Assembly (NCBI RefSeq): GCF_006345805.1
Contig: NC_042997.1
Span: 106,206,001-106,270,000, forward strand
Source: Octopus sinensis
Taxonomy: Eukaryota
Reading direction: 5' to 3'
Length of the DNA stretch: 64,000 nt
The position numbers and the translations under genes were made by a program. A model generated the notes under the pieces. That model did not search any database, was not told the origin of the DNA, and saw only the letters and a list, made by a program, of their open reading frames with translations. Shown piece after piece: positions 62,464 through 64,000 of this stretch (positions within the stretch are counted from its first letter, which is position 1; every line of letters begins with the position of its first letter).

Positions 62464-64000
62464 GTAAGCTGCTCCCACACCATCATCATCTTCCTCTTCA
62501 TCTCTGAACAACAGCTGCCTGTGTGTTGTAGCTTCTCTTGGCTGAAAACTTAACCATATCTGAATAAATTCTGTCTTTTTCTCTCATTCTCTCTTACTTG
62601 CATATCTTCTCTCAGTTTCTCTCTTGTGACTAACTCATATTGCAGTAAATTAGCTCATTTCTTTAAAAGTACACCTGGTTTGTCAACTATATTGCTTTAG
62701 GTTATTATTGTTGTTTGTTGTTGTCATCCTCATTGTTATTTCCTTATTTTTTTCTCTTTGGCTATTTTCTGCTCATTCATCTTATAACCACGCTTTTTGC
62801 ACTTTCTTCTCATCATCTCTGATGCCATCTATTGTAGAGTGCTCATTCTCAACTCTAAATCTCACATTTCATTGCACTTGCCTTCTGTTTTCCTTTTTAT
62901 TTGTACATTTATTCTTTTATCTATTCACTGGCACCACTGAATGTTTTCTTTTTTTTTTTTTTTACCATTAATCATTCTTCAGATGGCATTTGTTTTGGGG
63001 GAACACTTTTTTTTTTTTTTTGTCTTTATGACCAACCAGCCAAATTTGAACATAAATGTTGTCGCCACTTTCATTCAACTTCTATTTTGCTTGCATGAAT
63101 CCATTTACCGTAAAATCCAGCAGTTCTTCATTTACTGCTTTAATGTTTCATTACTCTTTCATTTCATATTTCTTTTTGTTGTTGTCTCTCTTTTCTATTT
63201 TCATGAGTTCATTTTCTCTCTGCTTATCATAAAACTTCATCGTGGTCTTTTCCCCTCTTAGTACATAGCATTGATGGAGCAGAAAAACAAAAAAAAAGGA
63301 AAAAATTAAAAGAAACATAAAAACATTTCCATTGAAGTTTGTGCTTCTAGTGAACTGGTCAGGCTTGATGTACTTTTCTTGAACCAGTTTCTTTTTTTTT
63401 TCTTTTTTTTTTTTTGTGACTTGGCATTATAGTCATTTAAATAAGTTTCTGAAATCTTCATGCATGTGTTCCAAGTTCACATCTTATCTCTGTTGTTCCA
63501 GTTATGTCTTGAGATCTAGACAACTAACACTTTTTACCTCACACTACCTAAGTGGAAAATAGGTGTAAATCTATCATGGTTATTTATCATATCATCGATA
63601 TATTTTTTTTATTAATAATATAGTTTTATTTCTTACCTAATTATAGAATGTGAAAAAGAGGAAACAAAATGAAAATTTTTTTTACATATCTTCACTCTTT
63701 CAGTACTCTCCTGTACTTTCTTTGCCTTTCTCATCATTTATTTCTTTTCCATTCCATGCCTGTATTTGGACTGAAAATAAAGGCAATATTCCAGCTCATT
63801 TTGTATTCTTTTCAAATTGAAATTATTCTTCCATTGTTTGAGTTTTTGAGATAGACAAACAGATTAGCTTTCAACATAATATATATCAGTGATCTTGACA
63901 TTGTCGCTTTGGCAGCAGTTTGTTGTTGTTTAGACTCATGTCAGACCTGATCAATCAAACCTGTGGTACGTAGGTAGTCATCTAAGTGGTTGGTATAATC

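Overview
AT-rich, microsatellite-dense eukaryotic genomic DNA. The SINE families and repeat landscape point to an octopus or other coleoid cephalopod (inference). One host gene is clearly supported: the 5' part of a Sowah (sosondowah/SOWAH) gene on the + strand, with four coding exons (22438-22561, 35736-35797, 51082-51429, 62320-62463; 226 codons including the N-terminal winged-helix domain) separated by 11-15 kb introns and continuing past the window end. Most of the rest is a nested transposon landscape: several tRNA-derived SINE families, RTE, CR1-group and L1/Tx1-type LINE remnants, mariner/Tc1/hAT/Tc2-like DNA elements, MITEs and a decayed Penelope-like element (RT + GIY-YIG). The most interesting signal is a ribozyme-associated Penelope-like system: four minimal type I hammerhead motifs in three sequence families (1391, 5418, 18438, 55992), one downstream of the Penelope ORF with a solo homologue about 50 kb away, plus two young, non-coding ~1.1 kb direct-repeat elements inserted into (TA)n tracts. 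Other leads are a candidate recursive splice site in Sowah intron 2, a SINE-RTE shared 3' tail, a foldback palindrome centred on an RTE tail stub, and a possible Irx-Sowah regulatory block. Almost all ORFs in the supplied track are microsatellite or low-complexity artefacts. Repeat boundaries are approximate unless TSDs or TIRs are quoted.
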